Assembly (NCBI GenBank): GCA_040752695.1
Contig: JBFMGO010000089.1
Location: forward strand, 1-25,550
Direction of reading: 5' to 3'
DNA: 25,550 nt
From: a bacterium
GTDB taxonomy: Bacteria > SZUA-182 > DTGQ01
Shown: positions 1-10,845 of the stretch, one piece after another
Position numbering within the stretch: the stretch's first letter is position 1
Layout of the letters: each line of letters begins with the position of its first letter
Position numbers and translations under genes: made by a program
Notes under the pieces: model-generated
Seen by the model: only the letters and a program-made list of their open reading frames with translations
Databases searched by the model: none
What the model was told of the DNA's origin: nothing

Positions 1-1344
1 TTCATATAAGCTTTTGAGCTCATTTTCCAACCCCTCTCTTTCCATACCGGTAAGCTTTTGCAATCTCATTTCCAGGATCGATTTCGCTTGAATGGGGCTT
101 AAGGCAAATTCATTCATCAGTATTTCTTTGGCCTGGTCTACCGTTTTCGAAGAGCGAATGATCTCGATGACCCGGTCGATATGATCGAGAGCCTTTTTCA
201 ATCCCTCTAGAATATGAACTTTCTCTTCCGCCTGACGGAGTTCAAACGTCGTGCGCCGTATAACGATTTCTTTTCTATAGGAGATGAATATCTGAAGTAT
301 CTGTTTGAGGTTTAAGATCTGGGGTTGATTATTTACCAAAGCCAGCATGGTAATTCCAAAGCTCATTTCAAGGGGCGTATGCTTGTACAGGAAATTCAAC
401 GTGGCCTGGGCAATTTCATTTTTCTTCAGTTCAAGAACAATCCTCATTCCTTCCCGATCGGATTCATCCCGAAGATCTGATAGACCGTCAAGCTTTTTAT
501 CATTGATCAATTCGGCTATCTTTTCTATCAGCTTTGCCTTATTAACCTGATAAGGGATCTGATTAATGACGATTCTGTCCCGGTCGGTTTTATCATCCCT
601 TTCAATTTCCGCTTTAGCCCTGATTTTAATAATACCTTTGCCTGTTTTATAGGCCTCCAGTATCCCTCTTTTACCATGAATTATCGCTCCGGTTGGAAAA
701 TCAGGGCCTTTAATGAACTGTATCAGTTGATCGATAGAAGAATCGGGATGATCGATGAGATAGACAAGCCCTTGAATGACTTCGTTCAGGTTGTGCGGAG
801 GGATATTGGTCGCCATGCCCACGGCAATTCCAGAAGAGCCATTGATGAGCAAATTCGGGACCGGTGTAGGCAGAACAATCGGCTCTTCCAGAGATTCATC
901 GAAATTTTTCGTAAAATCGACCGTCTCTTTATCGATATCTTTCAGAAATTCCTGAGTAATCCGCTCGAGTTTTATTTCCGTATACCGCATTGCGGCAGGG
1001 GAATCACCATCGACAGAACCGAAATTACCCTGCCCATTGACCAGAGGGTACCTGAGAGAAAAGGTCTGAACCATCCTGCAAATGGCATCATAGACAGAGG
1101 CATCTCCATGAGGATGATATTTTCCCAAAACCTCTCCGACAATACGTGCTGATTTTTTAAAAGGTCTGTTCCAAAGAAGACCCAATTCGTGCATTGCGTA
1201 GAGTATCCGGCGATGTACCGGTTTTAATCCATCTCTTATATCAGGAAGGGCTCGGCCAATGATAACGCTCATGGCGTAATCAAGATAAGAATTTTTCATC
1301 TCATCTTCGATATCTACGATAATCTGTTCTTCCTGTAAATTCAC
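1..1344 (-). CDS. gyrA: DNA gyrase subunit A (N-terminal 448 codons; runs off the left edge)
   Basis: Not in the ORF track; translated by hand from GTG at 1344: [46 protein letters not shown]..., [25 protein letters not shown], catalytic [18 protein letters not shown], and [15 protein letters not shown] near position 1. Lies directly downstream of gyrB. Confidence 0.97.
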   Translation of the reverse strand, partial: MNLQEEQIIVDIEDEMKNSYLDYAMSVIIGRALPDIRDGLKPVHRRILYAMHELGLLWNRPFKKSARIVGEVLGKYHPHGDASVYDAICRMVQTFSLRYPLVNGQGNFGSVDGDSPAAMRYTEIKLERITQEFLKDIDKETVDFTKNFDESLEEPIVLPTPVPNLLINGSSGIAVGMATNIPPHNLNEVIQGLVYLIDHPDSSIDQLIQFIKGPDFPTGAIIHGKRGILEAYKTGKGIIKIRAKAEIERDDKTDRDRIVINQIPYQVNKAKLIEKIAELINDKKLDGLSDLRDESDREGMRIVLELKKNEIAQATLNFLYKHTPLEMSFGITMLALVNNQPQILNLKQILQIFISYRKEIVIRRTTFELRQAEEKVHILEGLKKALDHIDRVIEIIRSSKTVDQAKEILMNEFALSPIQAKSILEMRLQKLTGMEREGLENELKSLYE

Positions 1345-1405
1345 CTTTTTATCCCTTATCTTTTATCATTCTCTATCGATTTTGTTTTCGAACCGTAAAA
1401 AAATC

Positions 1406-3835
<2,430 letters not shown>

Positions 3836-3860
3836 CTATTTTTCATTTTAAAATGAATTC

Positions 3861-3897
3861 TATTATTACTTATCGTAGTAATAGGATCTGTGGATAT
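3861..3897 (-). promoter_or_regulatory. DnaA box + short GC spacer + DnaA-trio repeats (origin unwinding element)
   Basis: Minus strand reads ATATCCACA-GATCC-TAT TAC TAC GAT AAG TAA TAA TA, the same layout as the box/GC-spacer/trio element of B. subtilis oriC. Confidence 0.75.
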
Positions 3898-4010
3898 CTT
3901 TACACCCCTTACTATGTTATTGAAACCTAAAAATAAAATTCTTATTTACTTCTCTTATTGACCCTGTTTATTTTATGGGTTTCTTTTACCCATCTTACAG
4001 ACGGTCATTT

Positions 4011-4065
4011 TTATCCAAAATTTATCCCCAGCTTATTCTCTCTGTTATCCACGTATTCATCAACA
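4011..4065 (+). promoter_or_regulatory. Array of five co-oriented DnaA-box-like 9-mers
   Basis: TTATCCAAA (4011), TTATCCCCA (4022), TTATTCTCT (4033), TTATCCACG (4045), TCATCAACA (4057); start-to-start spacing 11, 11, 12, 12 bp. Confidence 0.75.
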
Positions 4066-4072
4066 GAGGCAA

Positions 4073-5410
4073 TCACTTCTTGATTAAATTTATTAAGTGA
4101 TTAATTTTATATCTAAAATCGCTATCATTTTCCATCATGTTTTCTATTTTTTCACAGGCATGCATAACCGTCGTATGATCTTTTCCTCCAAAACACTCGG
4201 CGATTTTTGGAAGAGATTGATTTGTTATCTTTCGCGACAGATACATGGCAATCTGCCGGGGAAAGGAAACGGCCCTGCTTCGATTTTTCGATTTAAGATC
4301 CGAAATCTTTATGGAAAAATTTTTACATACAATCTTTTGAATAGATTCTATACTAATGAATTTATCATCATTGGCAAAAAGATCACTGAGGGCATCCTTG
4401 GCCAGAGCAAGAGTTACTTCCTGTGAAATAAGTGAGGAATAAGCGCCTAACTTAATAAGACAGCCTTCCAGCTCACGGATATTGGATTTAATTTTACTGG
4501 CGATCAAAAAAGCTACATCATCAGGAAGATTTATATTTTCAGCTTCAGCCTTTTTCATAAGGATTGCAATCTTAGTTTCGAGTTCCGGCGGCTGAACATC
4601 GGAAATAAGACCCCATTCAAACCGTGAGCGAAGACGCTCCTCAATGGTTGATATATCCTTCGGAGGACTATCACTCGAAATAATAATCTGTTTATGAGCT
4701 TCAAAAAGAGAATTAAACGTATGGAAAAATTCCTCTTCCGTTCGTTCTTTCCCTGCAATGAATTGAATATCGTCAATCAAGAGAACATCAATATTCCTAT
4801 ATTTATTACGAAAATTGTTCATATTATCATATCTGATCGAATTAATGAGCTCATTCGTAAATTTTTCCGCTTGAGTATAAACTAGCTTAAAGTTTTTATA
4901 TTTTCCAGCAATATAGTGACCGATAGCATGAAGCAAATGTGTTTTTCCAAGACCTGCACCGCCATAAATAAAAAGAGGATTATAGGTCAGAGAAGGATGC
5001 TCCGCTACTGCCAGAGCTGCTGCATGGGCAAACTGATTGCTTGTTCCCACAACAAAAGTATTGAACGTATACTTCGGATTGAGCTCTGGAGGAGGAACAA
5101 CAGAGGCACTCGGTGTTGGAAAAGCAAGCACTTTATTTTCAGAAACCAAGGGAAAGGCACTTTCTCTGGCCTCATCTTCAACTACCAGATCAATACTGAT
5201 TTCAAGCGGAGAAATCTGATTGAGCGATTGAGTAATAATATCCATATAGTGCTCGTTAAGCCAGGTCTTATAAAATTTATTAGGCACCTTGACCCTCAGA
5301 AGGTTTTCCTCGAAAGAAATAAATTCTGTTGGCATAAACCATGTTTTAAAGCTTTGATGATTTATTTTTTCTTTGATGAGTTCAAGGGATTTTTCCCAAA
5401 TATTGTTCAT
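4073..5410 (-). CDS. dnaA: Chromosomal replication initiator DnaA
   Basis: LNPKYTFNTFVVG, YNPLFIYGGAGLGKTHL (Walker A), LLIDDIQF, RLRSRFEWGL, RQIAMYL...GGKDHTTVMHA. ATG at 5410 is preferred to the ORF-track GTG at 5431, which lies inside a DnaA box. Confidence 0.98.
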   Translation of the reverse strand: MNNIWEKSLELIKEKINHQSFKTWFMPTEFISFEENLLRVKVPNKFYKTWLNEHYMDIITQSLNQISPLEISIDLVVEDEARESAFPLVSENKVLAFPTPSASVVPPPELNPKYTFNTFVVGTSNQFAHAAALAVAEHPSLTYNPLFIYGGAGLGKTHLLHAIGHYIAGKYKNFKLVYTQAEKFTNELINSIRYDNMNNFRNKYRNIDVLLIDDIQFIAGKERTEEEFFHTFNSLFEAHKQIIISSDSPPKDISTIEERLRSRFEWGLISDVQPPELETKIAILMKKAEAENINLPDDVAFLIASKIKSNIRELEGCLIKLGAYSSLISQEVTLALAKDALSDLFANDDKFISIESIQKIVCKNFSIKISDLKSKNRSRAVSFPRQIAMYLSRKITNQSLPKIAECFGGKDHTTVMHACEKIENMMENDSDFRYKINHLINLIKK

Positions 5411-5411
5411 C

Positions 5412-5443
5412 TTATCCACAATTTTATCCACAAGTGTGAATAA
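5412..5443. promoter_or_regulatory. Three consensus DnaA boxes immediately upstream of the dnaA start
   Basis: TTATCCACA at 5412-5420 and 5424-5432; TGTGAATAA (= TTATTCACA on the minus strand) at 5435-5443. Confidence 0.9.
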
Positions 5444-5541
5444 CTTATGTGTCCATTCAGGTCACATGGTAAGGTTGGAAATTTACAAGGAAAAAAAGAG
5501 GAATTTTGATCACCTACTAATACCCTAAATTTATTGACACT

Positions 5542-5570
5542 ACTATACCAGAAATTCTTGTTCTTTTCAA
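5542..5570 (-). promoter_or_regulatory. Putative sigma70 promoter of dnaA
   Basis: Minus strand TTGAAA-17 bp-TATAGT with an extended -10 TGn. Confidence 0.6.
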
Positions 5571-5592
5571 TTTTTTTTTCTCTACGGAATTC

Positions 5593-5622
5593 TTGACAAC
5601 AGGGAGAACTAAGGTTTATAAT
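5593..5622 (+). promoter_or_regulatory. Putative sigma70 promoter of the rpmH operon
   Basis: Perfect TTGACA (5593-5598), 18-bp spacer, perfect TATAAT (5617-5622); divergent from the dnaA promoter. Confidence 0.7.
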
Positions 5623-5735
5623 TTGTTGACTTACCGGAATTCTTTTACCGAACGTTGTATAACTGAGAAAAGATCAACATAAATTCAATGATAAAAGACG
5701 AACACTCACAAATGGCATAAGGAGAAAAAAGAGAA

Positions 5736-5876
5736 ATGAAAAGGACCTATCAGCCTAAAAGGAAAAAACGTTTAAGAAAGCATGGATTTTTAAAAAGAAT
5801 GAGTACCCGCTCAGGAAGAAAGATCATCAATGATAGAAGAAGGAAAGGAAAAAAAAGATTAACTGTTAGTGGATAA
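5736..5876 (+). CDS. rpmH: 50S ribosomal protein L34 (46 aa)
   Basis: Too short for the ORF track; hand translation [52 protein letters not shown] upstream. Confidence 0.97.
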   Translation: MKRTYQPKRKKRLRKHGFLKRMSTRSGRKIINDRRRKGKKRLTVSG

Positions 5877-6270
5877 GGGGATAAAGAGAAAATTCTCTCT
5901 AAAAAAGGACAATTTACTCAAAAAAAGAAGAGATTTCAAACAAGCATTCTGTCTCGGAAAGAAAATCGAAGATAAATATTTTCAAATTATCTTTGCTGAC
6001 AATGAGATCAAAAGTACAAGAATGTCTGTTATTCTGGGAAGGAAATTCGGAAAAGCTACCGTACGAAACAAAATAAGAAGAAGAATCAAGGAAATTTATC
6101 GGCTTAATCAAGAAAAATTTCCTTCTCATACGGATTACCTTATCAAACCAAAAGGATCAGTGAAAGACATTTCTTTCTGTGAATTACAAGACAGTCTGCT
6201 TCATCTCGTTGAAGAGTGTAGAAAAAAGGAAAGGTCTTCTACACCTTATAGGCACAAAAGAATTGAATAA
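5869..6270 (+). CDS. rnpA: Ribonuclease P protein component
   Basis: LKKRRDF and RNR-type motif [19 protein letters not shown]; conserved position after rpmH with an 8-nt overlap (GTGGATAA). Confidence 0.93.
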   Translation: MDKGIKRKFSLKKDNLLKKRRDFKQAFCLGKKIEDKYFQIIFADNEIKSTRMSVILGRKFGKATVRNKIRRRIKEIYRLNQEKFPSHTDYLIKPKGSVKDISFCELQDSLLHLVEECRKKERSSTPYRHKRIE

Positions 6271-6528
6271 AAAATACTTTACAAAGCTTATCCTTTTTTT
6301 TTATATATTTATAAATATTTAATTTCTCCTTTTTTACCTCCCTCATGCCGTTTTTACCCTACGTGTTCTGAATATGCTATTGAATCTATCCACAGATATG
6401 GATTGAGGATCGGACTCTGGATATCTGTAAAGCGAGTTTGTAGATGTAACCCATGGCATAAAGGTGGATACGATCCGGTAATGCAGGATAGCGGGAATCG
6501 TAGGGCGAACGTTTCTTTGAAGCAATAA
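6263..6528 (+). CDS. yidD: Membrane protein insertion efficiency factor YidD, interrupted by a frameshift in a T9 tract (6294-6302)
   Basis: The frame ending at TAA 6528 encodes [31 protein letters not shown]...[17 protein letters not shown] but has no ATG/GTG/TTG after the rnpA stop. TTG at 6263, in another frame, gives [13 protein letters not shown]; one extra T joins the two. Confidence 0.88.
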
Positions 6529-6728
6529 CATTTATTTTTTCAATATGAATATCATAGTTTGAATCACAATTTATGATTACGAATGATTGAATTAACGTTT
6601 TCCTCATGTTATCATCAAAAGTTATACAAGAAAGAGTGGCAGGCACATTAGATCATGACCACTCCTGAGGCGTTGAAATTTTAAAAAACGTTATATGAAC
6701 ATTAAAAAGAGCATGTAAGGACACCTAT

Positions 6729-8525
6729 ATGGAAAAAAGAACCCTGTTGGCGGTTGTACTGTCTTTAATTGTAATATTGATTTACCAATATTATTTTGTA
6801 CCAGTACCACCAAAACCCCTTTTAAATGGGGATAAAAACATCAGTGAAACCACCATCGAAGATAAAAAAGCATCACCTTCGCCTGACCTGCATTCAACTG
6901 CTCTTGATAAGACCAACAAATTAAGCGGACCAATGAAAAAAGATTTAATCGAGCTTCTGGAAAATCAAAAAAAAGAAAAACCGCGAAATATCACCATAGA
7001 AACTTCAAAATACCGGGCACTTATCAACACTGAAAATGCAATGATTACCAGTTGGAAGCTAAAAGATTACGTCTTAACTCGAGATTATGAAAATATTCCC
7101 TGGAAGATGAGCTTTTGGAAAATGGTAGGAAATGCCTATAAAAGTTATTTTATCGGTTTAGCTGAGTCTAAAACCGATTCGGAAGAAAAGGAAAATATAG
7201 ATCTTTTTCAATCACCTGATGCAATAAAAGGAAATGGATTACAGATCATTGCCGGTGATCTTTCAAGAGAGGGAATACAGGGCAATGAAAATCCTTATCA
7301 GAGTGTTTTCTTAACCAAAAGCGCTGAGAACATCATTTTAGATTCAGACCATCCGCAAAAAACATTGAAACTGAAATATATTATGCCAAACGGCTTTCAG
7401 GTGGAAAAAACATTTACCTTTTTCAATGATACCTATAAAATCGATGTCGATATTTTAACCACAAACATATCTGATCATACTGATACCCTGGACTATACTC
7501 TTTTAATTGGATCCGGCCTTGGCAACGCCTTCCAAAAGGGTGCTCACAAGTTCGAAGGACCTGTCACCTGGTTAAACGGGAAAAAAATAAAAGATAAGCC
7601 AGGAAAAAATTCAAATACTATCCAGCATCAGGGTAATATTTCATGGACATCGATGACCAGTAATTATTTTGTAGCTGCTGCCATACCTCAGAGAGAAGAA
7701 TCAGAAGTCATAATATCAAGACCTGAAATGGATACCAAAGATGCTACCAGTATAAATAAATCAACCATGATTGGAATACATTATCCGGCACGGGAACTTG
7801 CGCCGAACGCTGCTGAAAAGGACAGTTACAGCTTTTATCTTGGCCCTAAGAAATACAAAACCCTGGAAAATTTCGGTATCAATCTTGAGCAGGTTGTGGA
7901 TTATGGATTTTTCAGTTTTTTAGCCAAACCGCTCATCTGGCTTTTGAATTGGTTCTATAAATGGATTCCTAATTATGGAATAGCCATCATAGTACTGACC
8001 ATTCTTATCAAGATTGTGTTCTGGCCCTTAACCGACAAGAGTTTCCGGTCAATGAAAGAGATGCAGGATTTGCAGCCGAAATTAAGTGCTCTCAGAGAAA
8101 AATACAAGAGTGATCCAAAGAAACTGAATGAAGAGCTTATGAATATGTATAAACAAAAGGGAGTTAATCCCATGGGAGGCTGTCTCCCTCTTTTACTTCA
8201 AATACCGGTATTTTTCGCTCTCTACGAAGGATTGCTCGTTTCCATAGAATTAAGAGGCGCACCCTTCATTTTCTGGATCAAAGATCTTTCGGTAATGGAC
8301 CCTCTTTTGATCACTCCTATCTTAATGGGAATCACCATGTATGCTCAACAAAAAATGACGCCTATGACCGGTGATGCTGCCCAGGTTAAAATGATGATGA
8401 TGATGCCTCTCATCTTTACTGTGTTTTTCCTCGGCTTCCCTTCAGGGCTAGTCATTTACTGGCTTTTGAACAATATATTAACCGTCGGTCAGCATTACCT
8501 GATACTCAAAAAGATGAACGCCTGA
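6729..8525 (+). CDS. yidC: Membrane protein insertase YidC (long form with periplasmic domain)
   Basis: N-terminal TM, YLGPK, VDYGFFSFLAKPL, NYGIAIIVLT, NPMGGCLPLLLQIPVFFALY, PSGLVIYW. Confidence 0.97.
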   Translation: MEKRTLLAVVLSLIVILIYQYYFVPVPPKPLLNGDKNISETTIEDKKASPSPDLHSTALDKTNKLSGPMKKDLIELLENQKKEKPRNITIETSKYRALINTENAMITSWKLKDYVLTRDYENIPWKMSFWKMVGNAYKSYFIGLAESKTDSEEKENIDLFQSPDAIKGNGLQIIAGDLSREGIQGNENPYQSVFLTKSAENIILDSDHPQKTLKLKYIMPNGFQVEKTFTFFNDTYKIDVDILTTNISDHTDTLDYTLLIGSGLGNAFQKGAHKFEGPVTWLNGKKIKDKPGKNSNTIQHQGNISWTSMTSNYFVAAAIPQREESEVIISRPEMDTKDATSINKSTMIGIHYPARELAPNAAEKDSYSFYLGPKKYKTLENFGINLEQVVDYGFFSFLAKPLIWLLNWFYKWIPNYGIAIIVLTILIKIVFWPLTDKSFRSMKEMQDLQPKLSALREKYKSDPKKLNEELMNMYKQKGVNPMGGCLPLLLQIPVFFALYEGLLVSIELRGAPFIFWIKDLSVMDPLLITPILMGITMYAQQKMTPMTGDAAQVKMMMMMPLIFTVFFLGFPSGLVIYWLLNNILTVGQHYLILKKMNA

Positions 8526-8551
8526 TCGGGGAGCTAAAGGGTCTAAATATC

Positions 8552-9934
8552 ATGATGGACACTATTGCGGCCATTGCAACTCCCGTTGGGCAAAGTGCTA
8601 TCGGAATCATCAAGATCAGTGGACCATGCGCCATTGAAATAGCCCAAAAAATTTACAAGGGGCGAAAAGGACAAAACCTCGCCCTTGTTCCTTCCCATAC
8701 TCTCCATTACGGAATTATCTTCGACCCAGAAAAGCAGCGTAAAATTGACGAAATACTTATAGCCATCATGCGTTCTCCCAATTCATATACCAGGGAGGAT
8801 GTGGTCGAAATCAATTGCCATGGCGGAACCACCACCCTTTACAAAATCCTCGAACTGGTACTTCAAGCTGGGGCCAGACTTGCAGAACCTGGTGAATTTA
8901 CCAAAAGGGCTTTTCTCAATGGCCGGATTGATCTTACCCAGGCCGAAGCTGTTATTGACCTTATCAATGTTCAAAGTGAAGATGGCCTTCACCTTTTGGT
9001 CAACCAACTGGAAGGTTGCAGCTTCAAACCTCTGTACGCTGTCGAACGAGAAATTGAGGAATGGGGTACTCTTATCGAAGCTGAACTGAACTTCACCGAA
9101 GAGCTTTCCTTACGTATCCTGCCGGAAGAATTACTATCAGCAGTCAATAAATGGGATACGGTAGTTGAAGAATATCTGGAAGGTTATAAGACCCGTAACC
9201 TGCTAGTAGAGGGTGTAAAATTGGTAATAGCCGGAAAGACCAATGTAGGAAAATCGTCTCTCATGAATCGGATTCTTCAAAAAGAAAGGTCCATTATCAC
9301 CTGTATCCCCGGTACCACTACTGATGTTATCGAAGAATCCTTTTATCTGAATGGAATCCGTATTCACCTTTCCGATACTGCCGGTTTTGGACAAAGTAAA
9401 AACGAGATAGAAAAAGAAGGCATCCGACGCAGTGAAGAGAGTATTTCTAAGGCCGATTTAATTCTCTTTATCCTTGACGGATCAAAACCGCTCGATGAAC
9501 ATGATTACGCTACTGGGAAGCTTATTACCTTGCTGCAAAAAGAATTTTTAGTTATACTGAATAAAGCGGATCTTGGTCTCACCGTAACAGAGGATTCATT
9601 AACTCAAGTTTTTAAAAAATCCGTGCCTGTATTATCTATTTCTGCTCTGACTGGAAAAGGAGTTTCCGAAATCACTCAAACTATTTCGGAATATTACCTT
9701 ACGGGGAAAACCGCCAATACGCATATGGCCATAAATTTACGCCAAAAACTAATCCTGGACGGGATTAAAGAATCCCTTACTGGTCTTGCGAGTATCATAC
9801 AGGCAAATTACTCTGAAGATCTTCTGGCAGAAGAATTCAAATGTTTATCGAAACTGTTCAAGCAGTTGAGAGGCAAGCTTTTTACCAATGACATGCTGGA
9901 CCGGATATTCGAGAAATTTTGTATTGGAAAATAA
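8552..9934 (+). CDS. mnmE: tRNA modification GTPase MnmE/TrmE (divergent G-domain)
   Basis: DTIAAIATP, PNSYTREDVVEINCHGG, AEPGEFTKRAFLNGRIDLTQAEA, GKTNVGKSS, DTAG, NKAD, C-terminal FCIGK. Confidence 0.95.
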   Translation: MMDTIAAIATPVGQSAIGIIKISGPCAIEIAQKIYKGRKGQNLALVPSHTLHYGIIFDPEKQRKIDEILIAIMRSPNSYTREDVVEINCHGGTTTLYKILELVLQAGARLAEPGEFTKRAFLNGRIDLTQAEAVIDLINVQSEDGLHLLVNQLEGCSFKPLYAVEREIEEWGTLIEAELNFTEELSLRILPEELLSAVNKWDTVVEEYLEGYKTRNLLVEGVKLVIAGKTNVGKSSLMNRILQKERSIITCIPGTTTDVIEESFYLNGIRIHLSDTAGFGQSKNEIEKEGIRRSEESISKADLILFILDGSKPLDEHDYATGKLITLLQKEFLVILNKADLGLTVTEDSLTQVFKKSVPVLSISALTGKGVSEITQTISEYYLTGKTANTHMAINLRQKLILDGIKESLTGLASIIQANYSEDLLAEEFKCLSKLFKQLRGKLFTNDMLDRIFEKFCIGK

Positions 9935-9995
9935 GCATTACAAGCAACAATCATTTATCCTTAAAGACGTGTTTTCACATGTGTCTTTAGAACAG

Positions 9996-10011
9996 GTTTT
10001 CACGTGAAAAC
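9996..10011. promoter_or_regulatory. parS-like centromere site (variant)
   Basis: Perfect 16-bp palindrome GTTTTCACGTGAAAAC sharing the 12-bp core TTTCACGTGAAA with canonical parS TGTTTCACGTGAAACA; 57 bp upstream of parA. Confidence 0.8.
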
Positions 10012-10068
10012 TTATTATTAATTATCACGTATGAAGTAAGGTTTTTTCTAAAAAGGGTAGAGCATACT

Positions 10069-10845
10069 ATGGGAAAGATTATTGCAATAGCCAATCAGAA
10101 AGGGGGAGTGGGTAAAACAACTACGGCCGTCAATCTGTCTGCCTGTCTGGCTGTGGCTGAGAAAAAGACACTTTTACTCGATATTGATCCTCAAGCCAAT
10201 AGTTGCAGCGGGGTAGGGTATGAAGCCAGAGAAGGAGAAAAGAGTGTTTATCATGCGATTATCAAAAAAGAAAAAATAGAAGATATCCTCTGGCAAACTC
10301 AAATAAAAGGGTTAGATTTAGCGCCATCCAATATCCAGTTGATCGGAGCAGAAATAGAACTTATTTCGGCATATTCACGCGAATACCGTTTGAAGCAAAT
10401 ACTGGAAGAGGTGAGATCCCGGTATGATTTTATCATGATAGACTGCCCGCCTTCCCTGGGTTTACTGACCGTTAATGCACTTTCGGCAGCGGATTCGGTT
10501 ATTATTCCTTTGCAATGCGAGTATTATGCACTGGAAGGTATTACCCAGCTTATGAATACCATCAGGCTAATCAAGCGGGATTTGAATATCAGTTTGCAGA
10601 TTGAAGGCGTCCTTTTGACCATGTTCGATCAAAGAACCAATATTTCTCAACAGGTGGCAAAAGAGGTATATAGTTATTTTTCAGACAAGGTTTTTAAGTC
10701 GGTAATTCCACGAAACGTAAGCTTAAGTGAAGCTCCGAGTCATGGACAGCCTATTATTTTATATGAGATACGATCGTCGGGAGCACAGGCATATCTGCAA
10801 TTGGCAAAAGAGGTAATCGACCATGTCGAAAAAGGCATTAGGTAA
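10069..10845 (+). CDS. parA: Chromosome partitioning ATPase ParA/Soj
   Basis: ANQKGGVGKTTTAVNL, DIDPQAN, IDCPPSLG, QCEYYALEG, IPRNVSLSEAPSHG. Confidence 0.97.
   Translation: MGKIIAIANQKGGVGKTTTAVNLSACLAVAEKKTLLLDIDPQANSCSGVGYEAREGEKSVYHAIIKKEKIEDILWQTQIKGLDLAPSNIQLIGAEIELISAYSREYRLKQILEEVRSRYDFIMIDCPPSLGLLTVNALSAADSVIIPLQCEYYALEGITQLMNTIRLIKRDLNISLQIEGVLLTMFDQRTNISQQVAKEVYSYFSDKVFKSVIPRNVSLSEAPSHGQPIILYEIRSSGAQAYLQLAKEVIDHVEKGIR

Noticed and set aside
5411..5431. ORF-track DnaA N-terminal extension MDKIVDK
   Set aside because: It is the translation of two DnaA boxes; ATG 5410 gives a typical DnaA N-terminus. Not formally excluded.
6343..6646. Minus-strand ORFs 6343-6531 and 6386-6646
   Set aside because: The plus strand encodes recognisable YidD here.
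5868..7903. Isolated one-mismatch DnaA boxes inside rpmH/rnpA, yidD and yidC
   Set aside because: Single imperfect 9-mers in coding DNA are expected by chance.
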